Assembly (NCBI RefSeq): GCF_018350175.1
Contig: NC_058368.1
Span: 81,532,001-81,596,000 of the forward strand
Length of the DNA: 64,000 bases
Origin: Felis catus
Lineage: Eukaryota
Direction of reading: 5' to 3'
Part shown: piece by piece, positions 36,301 through 49,620 of the stretch
How positions within the stretch are numbered: position 1 is the first letter of the stretch
Layout of the letters: every line of letters begins with the position of its first letter
Notes under the pieces: model-generated
Databases searched by the model: none
Seen by the model: the letters and a program-made list of their open reading frames with translations, nothing else
Told to the model about the DNA's origin: nothing
Position numbers and translations under genes: made by a program

Positions 36301-37407
36301 GGGAAGGTGCCTCAGTCACAAGGTCAGCGTCACAGGCCAATGCTGTGCTCAGATGAACCGATTTCAATCCAGCGTCTTCCATGAGTCACACTTCAGAGAC
36401 CCAGGAACCCACAGTGTCCTCTTGCCCTGCAGGGGCATAAGTGAGAGACTTCAAACTCAGGGTAAGTAGAGGGACACTGAGAAAGGAAGGAGCACCCAGA
36501 CGTTGTGCTCAGACACAGTGTCTCTCTCCCAGCATTTTCGCTGGATCCCCAGCAGCACAGCCCAATTTGCTCACACAAGTGTCTGCTCTGCAGTTAGACC
36601 CATGTTGTAAAAGCTGCTGCTGTTGTGCCCCAAGAACTCCTGCGTGCCCTGCGCTGTGGCTCTCCCACGGGGAGACGTGCTGGGTGCACCGGTCCCCCAG
36701 CTCTCCCCAGCCTAGCAGCTCTCCTCTCTGGATGGCAGAGCGCAGCCCGCAGGTGACAAAGCAAACAGGTCACAGCCCGCGCCCCCAGCTCAACGGGTCG
36801 GCGCCTGCGTCTGATTCCAAGGACTTTGTATCAGTCCTGGGCAGCATCCTCGCTTTGATTGCAAGCGTGAGCCTCCCCTGCTCTGGAGTTTATGCCACCG
36901 CGTTTTCTAGAAACAGCCCTGCAGGGACGAATCTGCCTCCTGGTGCAATGAGCAATAAAGCGGAGGCCTGTTATTCCCGGGGCACAGTGTCACTGGCAAG
37001 TAACCTGGTGGCCTTTCCCTGGTGAATAGGGGGTTTCTGCCCTGTGGGATCCTAGCCCTCCATCCGCCTTGGAGAAGGAAACAGCCCCAGGCAGCCCCAC
37101 GGCCCCTCCTGCCTCTGCCCACGGAAGCAGTGCTCACTGGCTGTACGCCCACCCCACAGGGAACACACAGGTTCATGCGCTCACAGACCACACGTACGAT
37201 GCACGTGTGATGAGGCTGTGTGTCCCCATGCCCATGAGGCCGTGTGTCCCCACGCCCCTTCCCAGCATACCCTGTGACCTAAGCTGCTGTGCCCAGAAAC
37301 TCCCCCGTCCCCCTGCTATGTCCTGTCTCAGACCTGTCCACCCGGCTGCACCCCCGGAGGGGCCAGGGTTCAAGAGCCACGTGTGGCCACCACAAGCAGG
37401 CCAGCCC

Positions 37408-37600
37408 CAGGGCAAGCTCAGCAAACACTCTGTGTAAAGGGCCAGATAGAAGGTCCTGGAGGCTTTGCAGGCCGCCTGGCCTCTGCTACGAGTCAGATGG
37501 TGGCAGCTAGAGACCATTTGGCAGAACGGGGGTGGCCGTGTCCAAGACTCTACCAAAGTCAGGCTTGGCCTTGGGCGTAGACGGCTGTGTGGGACAGCGC
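37408..37600. mobile_element. MER58-like hAT MITE (degenerate)
   Basis: cagcaaacactctgtgtaaagggccagatag…ggctttgcaggcc. Confidence 0.7.
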
Positions 37601-37639
37601 CACCCAGGGGAAGGGCTCGGTGAAGGAGCCATTCTCCGT

Positions 37640-37790
37640 GGGCACCACCTGGCGTGGGAACTACCAGCCCCCGAGGGCCCGTGAGCACTTGAAACGTGGC
37701 CAGTGTGAGCAAAGAACTAGATTTTAAACTGTATATCAGGTAAGTTAACGGTAAACGATTGAGGCGGCCTATAGCGTGGCCCCGTGGTGA
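37640..37790. mobile_element. MER3-like hAT fragment
   Basis: gagcacttgaaacgtggccagtgtgagcaaagaactagattttaaa. Confidence 0.65.
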
Positions 37791-38534
37791 GGGAGGTCGA
37801 GACCTGGCCGACCAGTTCCATGCGAGCACCGGGCCGAGTTCCCAGTTACGCTCCCTCCTCGGTATCTCCTTTCAGGCCCAGAGAAGATTCGCTCCTGGTG
37901 ACAAACACGCCTGTGAATGATTTTACCGAAAGAGAAAAAAGTTCCACTTGAGTCTTCAGAGGCTAAAAGTCGTAAGCCCAGAAAACACTTTTTTAAAAAA
38001 AAGTGGCCAAATAGACTTGAAAAACATTTGCTAGAAAATGTTTTCCAGCTAAAGATCGCACATGACGTTTCTCGACTCAGATTTCACTCTTAACTGCTCG
38101 CATCTGAATCCCTGATAACAGCGCTTTACAGAGGCAGCTCTGGGCCCCCAACCCCCAGCGGCCAGCACCCAAGGGGGCGTCCCGCAGGCAGGGAGGTCAG
38201 GCCCCGCCACGGGTGACCAGCGGGCCTGGCGCCAACCCCCCTCCGCCACAGGTCACCAGAGGGCCTGGCGATGCCACGTCCCGAGCTCACTCCAGGGTTT
38301 TGTTTTTTTAACTCAAAATAGGAGATGATGGCACTCAGCTCACAGGTGGTTCTAAGGATTAATTTAGGCCGTGATGAAAATGGAAATAACCAGTTGGAGG
38401 AAATAGCCGTAATTAACAGTGGTAATTGACACCCTGACCATCATCACGGGCCAACTGTGTGCCACGCGTTGTCCAAAGGGTTTCCATTTGGATGAGCGCA
38501 TCCCACCCTGAACAGACCTGTGGGAATAGCACTG

Positions 38535-38870
38535 CCATCAGCCCCCCTCACGCCCCCCGTGGTAACACCCCCGAGTGTCCTACACATCCCTCCGCCATCA
38601 CACACACACCACCCGCCATCACACTCCCCAGTTGTCACACACATCCATCCACCATCACACACACACATACCTCCCATCCCACACACACACACACCTGCCA
38701 TCACTCCCCTACCATCACATACTTCCCCAGCCATCACACACCCCCACTGTTCTACCCTGGTCATCACCCCTCCCCCAATGTCACCCCCAACCCCCACCCC
38801 ACCATCATCGCCACGGCCACCTACTCCACCCTCCTTGTCCCCCTGCGAGGGACACACACTATCACACAGC
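38535..38870 (+). repeat. C/A-rich low-complexity tandem repeat (ccatcacacaccc-like units)
   Basis: Recurring gccatcacac motif; produces His/Thr/Pro-rich spurious ORFs. Confidence 0.9.
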
Positions 38871-38877
38871 GTTACCT

Positions 38878-39225
38878 GTATTAATGGGGGTTCTCCAGAC
38901 AAACAGAAGTGTGTTAGAGATTATTTTCAGAAACTGTCACACCCGATTCAGGAGGCTGGCAAGTCTGAGGTGAGCAGGCCCACAGGCAGGCTGGAGACCC
39001 AGGAAGGGTATGGAGATTGCCACCCCAAAGGCTGTCTGCAGGCAGAATCCCTCCTATTCAGGACACTCGGGGTTTTTCTCTCGGGTTCAATGCAACGCCA
39101 CAGCCCACCCGCACCAGGGAGGGTGACCCGCTTTACTCGGACCCTCTTCTGATCCACTCACGGCCACATCCTGACCGGCTGTGTCCACGGCCCAGACATG
39201 GACCCGTAAAATCGACCAGCGCCTG
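38878..39225 (-). mobile_element. MLT2-like (ERVL) solo LTR
   Basis: tgtatta…ggttctccagacaaacagaa…ggaggctggcaagtc…ggctggagacccaggaa…ggcagaatccctc…gctttactc…taaaatcgacca. Confidence 0.82.
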
Positions 39226-42200
39226 CACGGGTGCCATCGTCCCAGACAGAACAAATGGGGCCTGGAGGCGCCTTGGCCCAGGCGCGAATGGTGGAGCAGG
39301 GGCAGCCTTAGGGGCTTGGCTGGCCCAGGACCTCAATCTCTGTCCTGCGCTGCCTCCCCGTGGCTCGTCTAAGAACGACAACCACTCTGCCCTTCCCGAC
39401 TACTCTGGAAGTCAGGAGTCACCCCAGCCTAGGATGCGGCCGTGCAATGGATACTGCGGTCAGGGGCTTGTCCTGGATGTGCATCCTCCGCCAGGAAGCC
39501 CTCAGCCCCAGCGCTTCCCACCTCCACCGACGGCATCAGACCGGAGACCTCCCCCCGGGAGTGGGCAAGGAGGAGACAGCCTTGTAGGTGGATGTCGGGC
39601 CTAGACAGCAACGATCCCAGGCACCGAGGCTTGGACGCTGAAGCTATGCGGTGGGGACACTGGGCACAGCTAACAGGGAGAAGGTCTTTGGAGACTGTGC
39701 GGCCTTGGAGTCAGACCAGGTGTGAGGCCCTGCCCCGGGGCCCTCAGGGCCCATGTGACCGCACACAGGGCTGTTACCCAGTGTAGGCCTTGAACTCCTC
39801 ATCTGCAAAATGTGCCGGCAGTTAAGATGGTTGGGATGTTGAAGGCGTTCAGCCTGTGGCTGGAGCATCGAACAGGTGCCTGTCAGCAGGCGGGAGTTAC
39901 GACCCTCATCCCGGAAAAGGCTGCAGCCCGGAAAGGGCCTCAGGAAGCCCCGCGCAAGGACCCCCATGCACCTCCATAAAGGTCAGACCACCTGGTGCGG
40001 CCTCAGGCGGCCATGCGGGGATGCCGGCTCTCTGCCCCATGTGTCCCTCCTCGGGGTCTCAGAGGGCAGCACAGAGCCGGATGCTGACAGCAAAGCCCGT
40101 GGGGGGCCCGGAGCCTGTTCCCTCCCCCAGCTGCCACTCTCCATGTCCCCATGGCGGCGACTTTCAGGGTTGTCCTTCAGCTTTCTGTAAAGGGCCCCAC
40201 GGCCACAGGTGGAAGGCCCAGACGGCTCCTGGGGGGGCAGGGGGGCCCCTGCCCTGCTGGCCCCCCTCCCTGCTCCCTTCTCTTCTCCCTGTCTCCCCGC
40301 CCCACCGGTGGGGAAAGGGGGTGGGGGCTGCGGGGCACCAGCATCTGGAACTGGGGACCCGTCCAGGAGACCAGACGCTTGCCATCACTCCGAGCAGCCA
40401 GGTCGACTTGGTGGCTGGCACGCGGCCACCCGCCATCCTGTGGGACTTTCTGTTGAGCTAGACTGAACTGAATTCAGTTCTCCAAGAGGCGCGTGGCATA
40501 ATGGGACCGGTCATCTGGAGGTCACATGTCCACTCGGGCTCCGCGGGTCCCCCGGGAGCGGCCAGAGCGGGCGAGGCGGGCGCTCCAGGGAGGGAGAGCG
40601 AGCACACCTGCACCACAGGTCACACACGCCATCGTCAAGGCCACCACTTCCCTGCAGGACTGGATCCCAGCTTCCCTTCACATCCTGTCCACACTGACCA
40701 GAAACAGCCAAAAGCCAGATGTGCAACTAAGTTGGGTTTTTACCTCACAGTTCTTTTTTTGACACCCAGGTGCCACAATAACATTTGCTTTGGGGGAGAG
40801 CAACCATCTAATCAACAAAATAGCAACCCTGTATGATGGGCAGAGTCCTACATAATAAAATTTAATGGGGGGGGGGTCCTGCAAGGGTCCTGGGGAGCAC
40901 GGAGCATCTACCAGTGGGGGGGAGGCAGGTCCAGGGAGCACAGGGTTCCCGTGGTGGGGGGGGGGAAGCCTGGGAGCACTAGGTGTTCCACAGGGAGGCA
41001 GGGCGGGTCCTGGGGAGCAGGGGGTGTCCCGCGGGGGTGGGGCAAGTGTCTTGGTGACAGGATCACAAACTGGGCAGGTTGTCACCAGGGAGCTCAGCCG
41101 TTAGCAGTGGGTGGGGCCACCGTCCACCTAATCCAGCCTCAGGCTCTGCCCTAAAGAAGGGTTGTGTCTATGCCACACGGTCACCACCTCCGGGGTGCAC
41201 CTGCCAGGCCACATCTGGGTGCTGCCTCCCGGGGGTGCTCGTCATGAACTGAGAGGAATGCTTTAGTTGGTGTGGGAACAAGAGGGCACAAGGACTCAAG
41301 GTCATGTCCGTGGAGAGGCAGCTGAATGGTTCAGGGTGTTTACCTGACATTTAGCTGTGCTGAGACCACATGGTCCCCAAAGCTGTTCTCCAGTGTCTTC
41401 GTGGCTGTGACACAGACACACTGGAGGGAGGGTCTCCCCTGGGGCTGCCCCTCAGGCATGGGGCTCAAGGCCCCAGCTGGACTGGGGGGAGGGGGGGGTC
41501 TGGAGGGGTGGTCTTCCCAGCCACACCCTCCCTCCTCCTTCAGTAGCTCCTCACTGGTAGGACATGGAAAGTGCTGGGCCATCCCTGTCACTGTCAGGCC
41601 ACCAGCAGGCAGTGGCTTCTGTCACCTCCTCCACTGCCTACTCACCGAGAGAGGCCTCTGGCCCGCGAACCCTGCCACCACCATGCTGGTGAGCTGGGGT
41701 GGACCCTTCTCCAGTTGAGCTTCCAGACGGGACCCCAGCCCCAGGGACAGCGTGACCCAGCCCTGCCCCTCCTCCCAGAGCCAGCCCCCCCCCCCACCTC
41801 CTCCCTGCAGATGCGTCCTGACCCAGCGGGCCCTGGACCTGGCCGCCGCTCCTGGACCTGCTCCTCCCCGGATCACCAGGCTGTCACCACTGGCTCCTTC
41901 TTGCTACAATCACTGCATGTGCTCTGCACCCTTCAGTTGGACTGGAGTCCCCCACGGGGGCCTGGGTCTGACTCATCCCTGCTCCCCTCACAAGCCCAGC
42001 ACAGCAGCTGGGATTTGAATTCTGGATATTTCTGTGACTTTTGGATAAGTTCTTAAGTGTCTGCAGAGCTCAGTTTTATTTTTTTCATATGTAAAGTAAA
42101 AATTAGTGAATTATAAGAGTGGACGCTTGCTGATTCGTTGATTGACAGATGCAGTTCCGTGCTAGTCCTTCAGGAAAGGCCACCCATGGAGCTCTGCCGT

Positions 42201-44261
42201 TGGGTCCCGCGGGCCTCCCTGGACTCCGGGCGCACAGGAGCTCAGCGAGCAACACTGGTCACCGGCTCTGGGGCAGCGACGTCTCCCTAAAGTCCCCTCC
42301 GGCCTCCACTTCCCGGATGGGAGTGCCCTCCTGGCCTGGGTGCTCTCTGGTCTCGGGCCTTGACTCACTCTGCCCCGGGCCTTACTGCTGAGACCAGCAC
42401 CTGTGCATCCCCTCAGGGACACCAGAAAGTCCGGTGGCCGCAGAGCTTGGCTGCTGAGAAGAGAGGACGGTAGCTATTTTACAGTCTCGGTTCCCTCTCT
42501 GGCCTGTACCTCCCAGCGCCCCAGCGTCCTGCCAGAACACGCGCCGCTTTCCTTGAGGAACGAGCTGTAAACACCGTGAAACGTTTAAAGGGCCAAATTG
42601 AGTTTTGCCAACATAGTCTTTCTTGTCCTTCAATACTTGACTAGTATATTGACGAAGCTCCCGCAGCCCCGCTCTATTTTTAAACCCTTGATTTATGCCT
42701 TTCAGTTGGATCTTGCTCAGCTAAACATGTTGTGTGTGTTCAGCTGAGAGTAAACATCTTCCCGTGGTGGCGGGGGTATGTTTGCGGAGACCTCCCTCAA
42801 TTACAGAATTAACAGGGCAAATTTCGTTGTCTTTGTTGAGCCGGAGAGATTACGATAAAAGCCTCTAATGAAGGGAGACACAAGAAATAAGACCTACAAA
42901 CAACACTAACAAGAATGGCTTGGTGACTTCCTAGATGCGAATGGCTGAACAGCGAATCCCTTCCGTTCTAGAATTCAGAAACAGGAACACCCCGTGCACC
43001 ATGGGGTGGTGGGTGGTGGCGAATCCTGTGAACTCTGGGTCAGAGCGAGGCTGTGTGGCTGGCCCGGTGGCCAGGTGGCCTCAGGGGGGCCCGGGAGGCC
43101 AGACGTGTGACATCGAAGGACGCGCTAGAAGACTTGCCCACAGTGTCACTAAGGGCCAGACACTGGAGGGAGGTGGGGGTGGGCAACGGCTGCCCATGGC
43201 CTGTGACAGAAAAGTCCAGAAGGTCTGAGCTGGAAGCGTGACCACGTGATGCCGAATTTTTCCAACAGAGCCGCAGAGCTGGAGGAAGCTCCCGGAGACA
43301 CACAGAGGCCCAGAAGGCTGGACGGGACCTGTTCCAGTGACGGGTGTCTCACAAAGACTGGCCACGGGAAGAAGCCATGGGGCCCAGGCGGAGCAGCTGG
43401 AGTGGGGGGGGGGGCACTGGTGTGGGGACACAGACGGAGATGCATATCAGGGGTCAGCAGCCACCTACCTCCCTGTTGCCCCAGCCACCCGAGACCACCT
43501 GCCAGACCCCCAAACTGCCCCGTGAAGGCAACGGAAGGGCCGGTGCCAGGCAGGGGTACCTCAATTCTCGGGCTGTGATCCCGGCTGCCCCCATCCTGCT
43601 CTCCACCAGCAGATGCCCTGCGGCCTCGGACTGGAGCCGGTGCCACAGGCAGGGTACAGACGGTGGCTGGGAGCACCTGCCTGACCCCCAGGGTGCAGAT
43701 ACCACCCCGGGAGCTGCACCATCTGCATAGTCACTGGGCCCATGTGCGCCACCAGGGTCCCGCGGGGAAGCATTCGCATGTCCATGCCGCACCCTCCAAG
43801 GACAAACCAGCAAGATCTCACATTTCCTGCATCATCCGTCACCTCACCCCCGCCCCCACCGAGGTTAAAACGGAGGAAAGGGCGGAGATGCTAGTATCCG
43901 AGATGCTGCTCCGTGCGGCCGCGAGTCAGTGTCACGTAACCTCCGGCGTCAAGACGGCATCATACAGGACCCCCCAAACGTCGGTGCCCCGCAGCACAGG
44001 AAGGTGGACAGGGGCCACAGCGACGGGGCACCCGCGGCGGGCAGGACACGCTCAGCCCCACGCGCAGGTGAGCGCCGCTGGGAGGAGGTGTGGCCACGGT
44101 GCAACAGGATGACACTGGGGGGGACACAGGCCGTGATCCACACAGGTCAGCCTCTGGGGGCTGCTGGGGGGCTGCGAGTCCATGGGGCAAACAGAGGGTG
44201 TCCGGCAGAGCCCATCTCTGTCCCCCAGGATCCACTCCGGCCTTCAAAGAGCAGGAGTTGT

Positions 44262-44676
44262 GTGTCCCTGTGTCGGTGTCCTGGGGCCACCACAAAGCAC
44301 CACAGCCTGCTGGGTGGTTTGCAGCAGGAACTCATTGTCTCACGGGCCCAGAGAAGTCGACATCCAGATGCACGCAGGCTCTAGGGGACGGTCCTTCCTC
44401 CCTTTTCCAGCTTCCAGCGGCTGTTGGCCGTCCTTGGTTTATGGCAACACCTCTTCTCCCATCTCCTCCCCCCTACCCACCCCGGCTCTGCCTTCCCACG
44501 GCCTCCTCCTCCCAGCGTATCGCAGGAGGACATCCACCCAGATGATCCAGAAGGATCTCATCTCAGGAGCCTGAACTTAATTACACCTGCAGGGACCTTT
44601 TTTCCAAACAAGGTAATGCAGGCTCCAGTGATTTCATGGGGAACGTGTCTTTGGGGGTCACCCTTCAACCCATGCA
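44262..44676 (-). mobile_element. MLT1-like (MaLR) solo LTR
   Basis: cacaaagcaccacag…ggctctagggga…cagcttcc…atctcatctcagg…acttaattacacctgcagggacctttttccaaacaaggt…cttcaacccatgca. Confidence 0.82.
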
Positions 44677-47600
44677 GTGCCGGTGTAAAGGACACACAAA
44701 TCCCCATCTGGAAGTACAGCTCCCACCTGTGGCCTTGAACTCCACTCAGTGGCTGCCTCTTCTGACCTCCCGGTGTCCAGGAGGAGGACAGGACACTGCC
44801 ATCCACCAAGACGCAGCAGGCAGGTGGCTCGCTTAGGGCAGGAGCGTGTGGGACGTGGGTGGCCCCCAGGGGGCACCCCGGCACAGCCGGAACAGACAAG
44901 GGCAGCTACCTGGCCTGGAAAGGGCACACTTAGCCGGAGCTCAGCCCCTTGGGAGCCAGGGCTGGGTTTGCGCCCCCAGGGAAGCAGCCAAAGCCGGCAG
45001 CAAGCAGGGCGGAGGAAGGCCACTGTGGGGAGAGGGGCTGGCTCCTTCCACCGCCCCTCAGTCCCCTCCCCCAGCAAGACCGACGCCCCGCCCCCCCCCA
45101 CCGTGGCCAGAGCCGTGGCCCCATGGGAACTCTGTCCACCCACCAGTAATGGCCACCTGCCTGCCGTCTGGGCCTCCACTGCGGAGGTGGCTGGCACTGC
45201 CGAGCAAGCGGAGGTGGCCCTGGGCCCGGCCACGGGACTCGTGCAGATGAACAGGCCCGGCCCGGGCTCCAGGGGGCCACTCCTCATCCGACCCGCACCT
45301 CGGGGTCCCCCGGCCTCACCCCCTCAAGGTGCGTCTGCACTCAGTGCCGCGTTTTCCGGAGAACACAGCCCACCGGGACTGACGTGCACACAGCTCACGC
45401 GATGTTAAGCCCGGGGCACGGCCCCGAGTGGGGAGCCTGGGCGGCAGCAGGTAAGGACGGGCCAGGGCCACACACCCCGCGTCGGGCCGACCTCCTTTCC
45501 CGGGCACGGGCGGGCCAGCTAAGAGCGGCCATAAACGGCTGAGTAACGACATCAACAATGAGACGTGATGAATGGATATTTCAGAGACGCGTGGATCTTG
45601 GCACAAAAGGCCACACGGTGACACGAAATATTAAACAAGAACATGCAGATAAGGCCGGCAAGCTAAGGACGCGGTTGATAACGCATCAGCTTAGGCCAGG
45701 CCAGGAGCTATATCCTCTCTTGGAAACGAGGCAAGGCTTCTCTTCCCTCTTCAGAGGAAATTAATAAAAAATATTTGCAGATTATTATGAAAAAATATAT
45801 ATTAGCTCTTGGAGTGATGATTTAAAATCAGTTATTTGTGAGACACAGCACATCAACATTAGAGCTGCCCGGATGGTAGGGGGTTGGGGGGGGACGGGGG
45901 GGGGGACGTGATAGCAAACGTCCCAAATGGTGAAGCTAAGGGGCCAGCTATGAGACACCGAGCCCGTGGACTAAATTTGCCTTATCCCGCTACCTAATCT
46001 TTTAATTTTGTAAAAACAAAAACACACAAAACCACTGTCCTACAGCTAGAACGTCCGTCCCAAGCTACATGGTGCTGCCGACCACCGGGTCTGCGCACCC
46101 CTCCAGGAGCCCCACGGCGTCAGCCAGCGCCACTGGGCTGTGCCCTTCTCGTCACGCGGACCCGAACACTGGCCACGGGCTACTGGGACCACCCGGGCCC
46201 CAGCTGGCACTATCCGATGGCCCTTCCTCCCGGTCTTGGGTCCCAGAGGCAGGCAAAATACACAGGCGCCCACAGAGGAACATCTTCCTGGGCATCGAAG
46301 AGAAGGAATAAAGATGGTGAGCTTCTCGCTCCGCCCCCCGCCTGCCCCGCACAGAACGGGCCCCTCCGCCAGGAGCCAGGGTCTGCGGCCCGGGGGCACC
46401 TGAACTACAGGGCACAGGGGACACAGGGAGGCGCAAAAGCCCCCCGCGCACATGGCCGTCTGCCTCTGCCCCCGCAGGACCGCGGAGCAGCCTGGCTGGA
46501 GAACAGGACGCCCCCCTGTCCACACATCTGAACGCTTCTGACGTAGAACTCTGGGCAACAGACCCAGCCACCCAGGGACAGGAAGCCCACGGGGGATGCC
46601 CACCAGGGTCGCCACCCAGGGAGCCCACCGGGGAGGCCTGAGCGTTGGAGTCTGTGTCCGGTGGCCTCCCTGCCTTCCGCCCCTCAAGCAACTTGCAGGA
46701 AAAGGAGAACTCAGAATCGGTTCTATTTATATCCAGAAAACAGATCGTGTGCTGCCTCCGATACTTTATCCACAAATTATCTGCAACTTCCCCCCAAATC
46801 CTAACTCCTGGTTCTCCCAAAAGTGCAGATAAGAACTGACCTACAGCAGTGATGTCTCGACAGTGATCTCTGAGAATTTCACAATCCAAGCATGAATCCC
46901 AATAAGCATGAGCATTTATTTACAAATCGTATAAACAACTACTGTTATGCATATTATCAACACAAGGAGACATTTTAGAAGGACCGTATAAGGATGAAAT
47001 GAAATATTTTAAAACAATTTTAAATGTACCAGGTCTTCGCTGTACTAAAATATGGTAAAAATAGTGACTTCAGGGAGTCCCAGCTTGAATACGCTTCCTT
47101 ATTTACGAAATCGTGTTTACCACTTGCGACACGACCATTTGAAGAGACACCGACATTCAGATAATTTTGACTCTTGGTTTTAATTTCTATCACGTCTGAG
47201 AAGATTCCTCACAGGACACAGGGCAGCTCCATCGTGCGTCACTGGCTGGACCGCCAAGTTGCATGGCACGTGACACAATCCCATCGACCAATTTGGCCTC
47301 ATTTTGTTAAAATGTGGGCAGCAAATTTCTATACTCCATAATAACAGTCAGGTGTTCTCCAGGCTAATTAGAAAGTGTTGAATTTTAATGATTTTTATGA
47401 ATAAGTCCAATCTACGAAAACCCTTTGTTTGTGATATTTTAGAACAAGTTTAAAAACTATTTCCAAGTTTTTTAAGTGTTAAGTTAAACTTAAACAAAAG
47501 TGACACACATTATTCTTGGCAACAAACCCCCATAACAATAACATAACATTTCTGAACATTTACCAAGCGTCTTCTCCACAGACACATTTCTTCTGAAAAG

Positions 47601-48559
47601 TAGCTCCTTCCTGAATCGTTGTCAAAACATCATTAGCCAGGTTTTTCCTCACAGGGGCTGAGTGTTTTACTATGAAAATGTTTGTTCAGTGGCCCCGTCT
47701 TGCACAGAGACCACGCACAGATTCGGAACGTCTTCATCGCTAAGAGCGGTGGCATCTCTTTACTTGAGGTGACCGCCAGGCTCTGGGTGCAGCAGGTGCT
47801 TCAGGATCGCTCCCTGTGTCCCTACAAAATTCGGCAAGGACCCACTGATGCTGGGACTGACACTGTGGTTTCGCTTCCACGCGGACGCGGTGGGTCATGG
47901 AGAGACTGTGGCTCCCGTCCCAGAAATGAGAGCAGCCTAGACCCTCTGAGGGGACCCCACATGCCCAGGAGGCAGGAGCGAGTTTTGGCACCCCTCACTC
48001 CCGCCCAGGTGACCCTTCGTGGGGGGACTGGAACGGCGGCAGCTGAGAGGCCCCCACAGACACAGGGGAGCCTCGGCCACTGGAGACGGAAGATGCAGGG
48101 GAGCAGAGGGGGACCCAGCTCTGGGCGGCAGGCACACGGGGCCAGTGGTGTCAGGCAGAAAAGCAGAGAAACCCGAAGGCGCTGCACCCCGCCCTGGGTG
48201 AACGAGAGACACTCCCTGAGGGGCAGGGGTGGAGGCCGGGAACTCCCCAGGGGCAGGTGAAGGGGCGACACCTGAGGACAAGACAGCGGAAGGGAGATGA
48301 ACCCGTGGCCACTTTCGACCCCAAAGGACAAGAAAGCCCTGACCAGCCTCATGTCATCTGAATCCAGCTCAACTGGCCATGAAGCCTCCACGTGGCTCAA
48401 CTACAGGACAGGTGGACTTGTCCCACTGCACCCGTGTGGCCAGAAGGCGCCCGCGCCGGGTGTGAGTGTCACCTACTTCCGCTGGGGTCTGCTGCTCCTT
48501 CTATTTTCCCAGCTTTGCTGCAGGGTCACTAACACTGGAATATCTCTGAAGCGCACATC

Positions 48560-49620
48560 GTGCTGGTAGGGTGCACATCTACACTGCGACAGGGCTCCCC
48601 ATCTTGTTAATTCGCACCTCCGTGGTTTCAGTTTTCTGGTCTCTGCTGTTCTCATACACAAGCTGACTCGGGCAGTCAATAAAAACAAGAACAAGATACA
48701 TCAAAAAACAAGAAAACGTGCTCCGCCAACATGAACTAGTTGGGAGGGGCGCCCGGCCGGCCTACTCGGTGGCAAACACGACTCTTGACCACGGGGGTCA
48801 TGAGTTTGAGCCCCACGTTATACACAGAGCTTGCTTTAAAAACTAAAGATTAAAAAAACCAAACCTGGAGAAATGACTCAGATATTGGAATCTCAGAGCA
48901 AAACTTTAAAAAAACCGTAACAAGTGTGTTTGGAACCTAGAAAACAAGGAGGCCGATGTCTGTGAAGAGAGCCAGACAGAATTGCGACGCGGAACACGCG
49001 GTGTGGGAGAAGACATCGCCCGTCTGCCGTCTGTCTGCCACCTGTCTGCCGTCTGTCTGCGGGCTGGCAGCAGCACGGCAGGCAATCTCTGAACTTGGGG
49101 GCACAGGCAGAAACTACCCAAACTGAAGCACAAGGACGGTGCGTTGGGGGAAGTGCCACCTGAGGGCAACATTCTCGGCCGGCACATGTGAACCTGCAGC
49201 CCCAGAGGAGACAGAATCTGAGGCATAAAAATGCCTGAAGCAATAACAGGCAAGGATATTGCAAAAATAGCAGAGAACCAGAAATCCAAGAAGCTTGGCA
49301 AACTCAACGGGAGAATACAAAGAAAACCCTCCAAGGCACACGGCAAACTGCTGGGAACCAGGATGGGTGGTAAATCCTGAAAAGAGCCGCACGAGAAAGA
49401 AAAAAGGACAGTGCGACAAGGGAATCAAGGCGGAGACCCCTGCCGTCATCTGAGCTCGCGGCCGCAGGTGGAACAGCAGCAGCCCACATTTCTGTCTCTG
49501 CAAAAACATCCCTCAAATCCAAAGACGCGTGGGGTGGCCCCAGCGCAGTAAGGGACACCTCCCACGCCCCGGAGTCCACCTGTATTCTAAGCACGAAGAC
49601 TCGATGCAGAGTACCTGCAC
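48560..49620 (+). mobile_element. Highly decayed L1 5'/ORF1 remnant containing a short SINE (48746-48845)
   Basis: gaaatgactcagatattggaat…aactttaaaa…, gaaactacccaaactgaagcacaa, ccaaggcacacggcaaactgctgg…aaatcctgaaaagagcc; ORF1-like layout. Confidence 0.7.

Noticed and set aside
38444..39152. Pro/His/Thr-rich ORFs
   Set aside because: Low-complexity repeat running into an MLT2-like LTR.
48473..48694. Minus-strand exon-like segment with a pyrimidine tract, AG and a GTAGGT donor
   Set aside because: The pyrimidine tract is the antisense of an A-rich L1 remnant, and no frame resembles a known protein.
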